Source: Gordius albopunctatus (taxonomy: Eukaryota). From it: 64,000 bases of DNA. This document shows positions 59,485-64,000 of this stretch, piece after piece. Made by a program: the position numbers and the translations under genes. The notes under the pieces are model-generated. The model saw nothing but the letters and a program-made list of their open reading frames with translations. It did not search any database and was not told where the DNA came from. The DNA lies in NCBI GenBank assembly GCA_964276515.1, contig OZ193909.1:16554001-16618000 (forward strand), written 5' to 3'. The stretch's first letter is position 1. Each line of letters opens with the position of its first letter.

Positions 59485-62478
59485 TAGTGCTGTAAACATT
59501 TGTAAAAAAATCGAACGCGTTCAACGTTCATTGACAAAAATCGAACGCGTTCACGTTCACGTTCGTTAAGAAAAAAAAGGAACGCGTTCACGTTCGTTCA
59601 AAATTTTATGATAATTTTTTTAAAATTTAATTTAATATAAATAAATGTCTTATATTTTTTAATACAATAAATAATAGCCATGATAAAAAAATGATAGTTT
59701 TATTTCTACAATATAATTGTAAATCAATATAATTATAATCTAATAGAGCGAATATAAAGGTTTTTTATTTATAAAAAATTTTTCTTATTGATTTTTAATA
59801 ATAATTGTTTCTCAAAATTGTCGTCTGATAAGCAGGAACGCTTGGCAGTTAATACAGCATTAGCTATACTAAAAACCCGCTCCACAGGGGCAGATGAGGG
59901 GATTGGAGTATTATACTTAATAAACAAATTTTTTAAAGGAGGAAATTTATTAAAAACATTTAATGTTTTGTCCCTCGCTTCAAAAAATTGCGACAAGATA
60001 TCATCCTCTAATCCGCCCTCTACTTCCTCGTCAAAAAAATGATATCTCGGAATTGACAGCTCTTTCGTTATCAATTCTAGGGGTTTCAATCCCTTTTTTC
60101 AATAACACTAAAAGATTATTCTTTAAAGCTTCATTTTCTCGAAGTTTAATCCAAGGCCATTGAAGCTTGAACATTGGATGTATAATGGCCGAAAGAAGAT
60201 ATTGATCTTCATATATATGTTGAAATCTTTAAAAAAATAAAATATATGTAATTAATTTGATAGTAATAGGTTTGTTACCTTTTATTAATCCCATTTAATA
60301 CAGCGTCAATCAATGGTTGACCATATTTTAGGCTAGTAATTTTTTTTAATTTCAAAATAACTATTGTTATTGTTGGAGTCAAATAGCCCAAATGCATATT
60401 TTCCTCACTTTCTAAAATAGTAAGAGCGGTAGCAACAGGTTCCATGATCTATTTTAATATTTGAAATTTATTATATTATTTATCCTAAAAAATTTTATGA
60501 GGACTTACAGTACAGTATTCTTCCAAAAATATTTTATCATTGGTTGTAAGCCTTGCTAATCCTCCCATGTCGCATACTTTGTCAAATAAATGAGGTTTAT
60601 CTTTTATTAATGAGTCTATTAATTTTAAGGAATTATAATATGAATTCCATCTTGTAACAACAGGTCTTATAAGCATCCTTGATAAATTTTTCTTTACATC
60701 ATCAGCAAATGATGTTGACTGATTTTGCTTGTTCCATAAATTTTTGCATTTATCAAATGCACTTTTTAATGTTTTTAAAAGATGGAATTTCTAGTGCCTT
60801 TTCAGCATCGACACTTGCCACTAAATTAAGATTGTGGCATGCACAAGAGTGATGTTTTGGTAGGTAAATAAAATTTTCCTGCCTACTTTGATATTGAAAT
60901 ATTTCATATAATGAAAATGACACAATTTCATCTTCATCATCTTCAGATACTTTCTCAAATAACCTATAATTTGTTTAAAAATATAAAATGTAGATTATTT
61001 ATTTATACCTAAAGGCCTTTAAAAAATTTCTTGCATTGTCAGTGACACATAATGCCACCTTGTTCTGTATCTTAAATCTTTTAAGAAGGTTTGAAATTGT
61101 TTCTGCTAAATAATCAAATGTATGTTTGCTAGTTAGCCTTTGGCAAGCTAAACATGCTGATTTTCTTTCTAAAGTGACTACATCCAACCAGTGGACAGTC
61201 ATGCCTAAAAACGAACTAATAATATTAAGAAATTGATTTCAAATTATGCACAAATTACCGATGGTATGATGACCATGAATCCGCTGTGATACAAAGAAAG
61301 GTTTGGTTGGCTAAACAAGTAATTATTTTATCTATCATGATGTTATAATTTTTGGATATTTTTGATATAAGCGTTGGGCGGGACATAACATTTTTATTAG
61401 GTTGTAAAGTGGTTATCATTTTTAAAAATGAAGGTTTTTCAACTATATTAAATGGCTGTAGATCTTCTATCACAAAATTGATTATTACATCATCTATCTG
61501 TGATTGATTCACATATGAATATGAATCATTTTTGTTACAGTTTAGATTCTGTTGTTTGAATTTTTCCCATTTTACCTTTTTATTATTTTTATCAGAAGAT
61601 TTTGAAAGATATTCATTTATTTCTTTTGTCATATTATCATGATGGTTCTATAAAAATAAAATACTATTATGCTATAGATGATATTAATAGATTTTTTAAT
61701 ATTTATATTCAAAGTTTTACATATCCTAGATACCTTATTTTTTGCAAAAATCTTATACTATTCCCTATTTTAAATATATTGACAAACAAAATTAGCTTCA
61801 ATAAAATTACTAGTCTCCCTTCCATATCTATGCTAAGAATGGACTAATATTAATATTAAAGTGTCTTAAAGGTATTAAAATTTGTATCTAAGATATATAC
61901 TTATATATATAATAATATTATATTACCATAAGGTGTCTTTTTAGATTTGAGCTCGACCCTTTTGAAACAGATATCATACTTTTTGGACACATTTTACATT
62001 TGGTAATTATATTTGATCCTTTATATGAAACGAGTGAAAAATATTTTTCATATTTTGGCCATGGCAATTTCAATTCATCTTCTGATTTTGAATATTCAGA
62101 ATCTGAAGATGACGACGATATAATAATATGATTGTCCATATTAACCTATAAATTAAACTATAATTAATAATATGAAATTAATTAACTTTAATCTTATCTA
62201 CTTTTGCACGTTATAGTATGTTAAAAGTATTTCTGAATCGGTAATAGGAAACAAGAAAAACAGCTGATTAAAAAATATAAGAATTTTTTGTTTAAAAATT
62301 CAAATTAACATTATTTTTCAAATAAATAAAAATGAAGATTTTTAAAATTGAACGAACGTTAAATTCGAACGCGTTCATCAAAAAAGGAACGCGTTCACGT
62401 TCAAAGTTCACCAAAAAAAAAAAGAACGCCGTTCACGAACGCGTTCACAAAAATTGAACGCGTTAATTTACAGCACTA
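59485..62478 (-). mobile_element. Full-length hAT DNA transposon (~3.0 kb)
   Basis: TIRs TAGTGCTGTAAA / TTTACAGCACTA; perfect 8-bp TSD CTTATGAC; GAACGCGTTCA subterminal repeats at both ends; spliced transposase inside. Confidence 0.95.
59769..62139 (-). CDS. hAT transposase (BED finger, DDE core, dimerisation domain), six exons, one apparent frameshift
   Basis: Approximate exons: 62139-61928, 61648-61259, 61215-61009, 60963-60509, 60448-60279, 60227-59769. Motifs CKMC...NLKRHL, ITADSWS, VTDNARN, CACHNLNL, TRWNS and PSSAPVERVFS. The frame breaks in an A-run near 60772-60776. Confidence 0.88.
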
Positions 62479-64000
62479 CTTATGACTAAGTTTTTTTAGG
62501 AAGGTACATTAGTTTTGTGGAACCAAGTTTTTACATCTTTTAATAATGGCTAGGGTATTAGAATTAAGAAAACACATTATTGAGGAACAACTTAGACTAT
62601 TTATGATTATGAATCATTCAAGATTTTAGTATGAGCATTTTATTGGCTGGGCCCCCACCTTAAAAACCTATCGACTTATAGACATGGAGTATATGAAACG
62701 TAATATGGCCCCCACAGATTTTTAAATATGCACAAGATCGTTTATAGGATTAATATATATAATGATGCTTAGAGTAATATCTTGAAAAATGGGTTTTAAA
62801 AGTGCACCTATATGAACGTTGCCAAAAAACTTATCCCTAAAAAAATTATTTGTGAAAATTATTCTTCAAATTATTATTACCATAACATAAGAATTTCCTC
62901 TCATTTTCTAATAAATTGGTTCCCTACTATGGTTTCCTTTTATAAAATCACCCGGCAAACTGTTTGCAGCTTCTTGTAGAGTTTTTTCCTGTGAACACAA
63001 ATAAACTTTTAGTTTTTGCCTTTGCGCATGGGCGTAACCAGGTTTTGGATTGGAGGGGGGGCGAAATTATTTTAAGTTCAATTAGGGTGGGGGGCAAAAC
63101 ATAAATTTTTTTAATTTTTAAGGGTTTTTGTATTGAATTTTTTTTCCATTTGCCACCCCCCCCCCGGCTACGTCAATGCCTAAACGTTAAGTTTTTGTGC
63201 CGTCAAAGTTGCTAAAACGGCGATTTTGGAGTTTTCCAAACGTTAACAACTTGCAAGTTGATCGGTTAAATTTTACTTTCATAAAAGGCAATTTTGGAGG
63301 ACAGTTTTAAGCATTCGTTCCCCGCCCCAACTTATACGATCATAAACCTAAATTTTGGTTTCTCACAAAGAGAGAATATTAGATGGTTTTATGATTTATT
63401 TAATTAATTTTTTTTAGAAACTTTGCTAATTTGTGGATTTATTATAAAAATATAAAAAATATATAGCTATTTATTTTTGAGATATCAAATTCTAATTATA
63501 AATTAAAAAATAAAGGCGCTAAAATTTAGTATTGAGCATTTTTTATATTCACTAAGGATTTTCATCATTTTTTCCTGACCATTTTTAGCGGAACAAAGTA
63601 AATAACATTTAAAAATATAAATTTTATACATTCCAATTTGTGTTTAATTTTGATTATAAATATCATTTTTGGTGAATTTATGCACATATATTTAGTCTAA
63701 TCATTTAAACCTAAGTGTTAAAAAACAAAAATGTTACACTTACCGCAAATATCTTTAAAAATCGCTATTTTTGTACATGGTCTCAGCCGAATTTAGATCA
63801 GAGCGGTTTTAAGAAATTTGATTGGGATGGAAAAATAATAATTTCAAAATTAAACCATGATTAAATTAATATACTAAAATAATCCTAAGATTTGAAGGGT
63901 AACAGCTGCCCTCCTTCGCCTCCCCCTAGCTTCCCCCGAAATATGCATTTTTAAAGAAGTTTAAATCCGAGAGATCATTTAAAGGATTTTTTCATTTGTA

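Noticed and set aside
59510..59600. GAACGCGTTCA repeat clusters (also 62350-62465) as a CRISPR-like array
   Set aside because: Short, irregularly spaced, no unique spacers, eukaryotic context; they are hAT subterminal repeats.

Overview
AT-rich eukaryotic DNA with GT-AG introns, most likely from an invertebrate animal. All exon boundaries, repeats and termini below were read by eye, not computed. Four host genes lie on the + strand: a multi-exon GH20 hexosaminidase D-like gene (~13452-27996), a multi-exon WSC-domain protein xylosyltransferase (33938-45346), an intronless TSSK-like probable pseudokinase (48353-50155) and a possible NOL7-like gene (55433-56149). The rest is dense, nested mobile DNA: Ty3/Gypsy elements, CRE-like and RTE-like non-LTR fragments, hAT elements, several MITE families, DINE/HINE-like elements and a solo LTR. 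The most unusual feature is a complete, apparently very young Ty3/Gypsy element on the - strand (2564-8395; identical 183-bp LTRs, CCTAC target duplication). It has no capsid Gag that I can recognise. Instead it encodes (i) a 114-aa transmembrane + CCHC-knuckle ORF1, (ii) an in-frame UAG-CAA-CCA stop matching the TMV-type readthrough signal, leading into a long Pro/Lys/Ser-rich region and an intact Pol, and (iii) an Arg-rich zinc-knuckle ORF3 in the env position, flanked by consensus splice signals. It sits inside the 5' LTR of an older, decayed CsRn1-like Gypsy element.
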